Below, piece after piece: positions 61,937-64,000 of a stretch of 64,000 nucleotides of DNA. Where the stretch lies: positions 165,719,358-165,783,357 of the forward strand of contig NC_092371.1 of assembly GCF_030028105.1 (NCBI RefSeq). The letters run 5' to 3'. A model generated the notes under the pieces. That model saw nothing but the letters and a program-made list of their open reading frames with translations. It made no database searches and was not told the origin of the DNA. Source of the stretch: Mobula birostris (Eukaryota). Both the position numbers and the translations under genes were made by a program. Each line of letters opens with the position of its first letter. The stretch's first letter is position 1.

Positions 61937-64000
61937 GTACTGTATATCCCTGGGTGGGTGGGTATGTTTTGGAATATGGAAGTTCAGCTCGACTATGTGG
62001 GCTGAAGGGCCAATTTCTGTTTCTGTGCAACGATTCTAATTCATTGTATTCTTGGTCTTGCACTCATCACAACACCAGACATTTGTTTATATTTGACTTT
62101 GAAGGTGAAACAATAGTTTTCTCTGTTTCTGTTACAGTTTGCAATTCAACATTTGCAATTAATTGATGAGGAGTGTTTGGTTCTGGGCCTGTACTTGCTG
62201 GATTGGAAGAATGGGGGGGGGGTTGGGGGGATCTCATTGAAACCTACTGGATGCTGAAAGGCCTAGATGGGGTGGATGTGGAGAGGATATTTTCTATAGT
62301 GGTGGACTAGAAGGATATCCTTTTAGAACAGATGAGGGATTTCATTAGCCAGGGGTGGTGAATCTGTGCAATTCATTGCCACAGGGGGCTGTGGAGGCAA
62401 AGAAATCTGGTATATTTAAAGCAGAGGTTGAGAGGTACTTAATTCATTGCCACGGACGGCTGTGAATGCCAGGAAACCAGATATATTTAAAGTGGAGATT
62501 GAGAGATACTTGATTCGTAAAGGCATTGAAGGCTTCAGGGGACAAGGCAAGAGAATGGAGTTGAGAGTAATGATAAATCAGCCAAAATAGAATGTCAGAG
62601 AGGCCTCGATGGGCTGAATGGCCTTATTCTGCCTTATGGTCTTAGAAGTTCAGACTGATTAACTGTCATCTTTTCTAAAGGAGAGATTTGATTGTCCTTC
62701 AGACTTAACGCCTCATTCACTTCAATTCTTGAGAGGTTTGTTCAACAGCTGATCCCATTACCTGTCTAGTTGGTTCTTAAGCTGGTTTATAACTTCATCA
62801 GCTGGAAATGAACAGAACTCCTTAACTATTCTCCTATCTTGCTGTGAGTTGAGGTTTATTAAATAAAATTTACTGAAATAAAGTAAAATCAGCTTGTCAG
62901 CTAAATGTCAACTTATTTAGCCATTCACATCAACCGTTTTTGGTAGACCCCTCCACCTCTCTCTGTCTATTACCTCAGCCACTGCACTCTCTATAATGCT
63001 CTGTACATTGCAAGTACCTGCTGGTTTTATATTTTGATGCATATTTGAATAGTTTAACCTCTAACTTTATATTTTATATCATTCTTTATTAACCATTGCA
63101 TGTTGTTTTTTTGTTGCGCATCACATCCTGACCAACTCACTACAGCAAATTCCAAATACATGTAAAGTTGATCCTTAAAGACTAGCATGTATGTTTGCAT
63201 TACTGTGAAATGGGTCCACTATTCTGGGATACATTTCCACATCCATTGCACATAGAAATCTAAAGCACATTACAGGCTCTTCGGCCCACAATGTTATGCC
63301 AACCACGTAACCTACTCTAGAAGCCACCTAGAATTTCCCTAGCCCTCTATTTTTCTAAGCTCCATGTAGCTATTGAAGAGTCTTAAGAAAGACCCTATTG
63401 TATCCGCTTCTACCACCGTCGTTGGCAGTGCATTCCACACACCCACCACTCTCTGTTGGAAAAACTTACCTCTGATATCCCCCCGTACCTTCTTCCAAGT
63501 CCCTTAAAACTATGCTCTGGCTATCCACACGATCTATCAGGTCACCTTTCATCCTCTGAACTCCAAGGAGTTGGTGTACTCAGGCATTAAGCCATTTTAA
63601 AGAGCAGTTAAGCCAAAATATATTGATATGATATTGGTGTTGCAGTAATGTCCTCGTAATTGAAAGTTCAAAGTAAACTTGTTATCGAAATCAGTACGTC
63701 AGCATGTACTACCCTATGATTATCGTTTTGCAGGCATTCACATAGAACAAAGAAATATAGTAGGATCAATGGAAAAACAGACTGACAAACAACCAATGTG
63801 CAAAAGACAACTGCAAATAAAAAATCACAATAATAATAATAATAAAAAAGCAAAGAATACTGAGAACCGAGTTGTCAAGTCTGTCGGTTGTGAAATCAGT
63901 TCATTGATGGGTTGGGTTTGAGTGAAGTTCTGGTTCGCCGATGGTTGAACTGTTCCTGAACCTGGTGGTGCGGGACCCAAGGCTCCTGTACCTCCTTCCC

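Overview
Vertebrate genomic DNA, most likely a cartilaginous fish (ray/shark-type repeat landscape: CR1, L1/Tx1, RTE, Penelope, V-SINE, hAT, Tc1; this is inference). It has two assembly gaps (669-1200, 56045-56246). Four protein-coding genes can be read: exon 1 of EPM2A/laforin (minus, runs off the left end), a complete 9-exon selenoprotein L gene (SELENOL, minus, 8819-21467), intronless EXOC8 (minus, 52663-54855) and, head-to-head with it, exons 1-4 of SPRTN (plus). The main hidden system is SELENOL, whose active-site exon is missing from the ORF track because it carries two in-frame TGA codons in a U-L-P-U motif. A well-formed type II SECIS with a non-canonical apical CAC (instead of AA) lies about 1.4 kb into its 3' UTR, and candidate poly(A) signals occur both before and after that SECIS. 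Other points of interest are an inverted pair of minimal hammerhead ribozymes in a palindromic Penelope-derived repeat in SELENOL intron 1, a near-perfect 331-bp inverted duplication, a long hairpin downstream of EXOC8, a SINE-derived 41-bp minisatellite and several nested transposon insertions with readable target-site duplications. All gene and family names come from manual reading and recalled family features; no database search or folding program was run.
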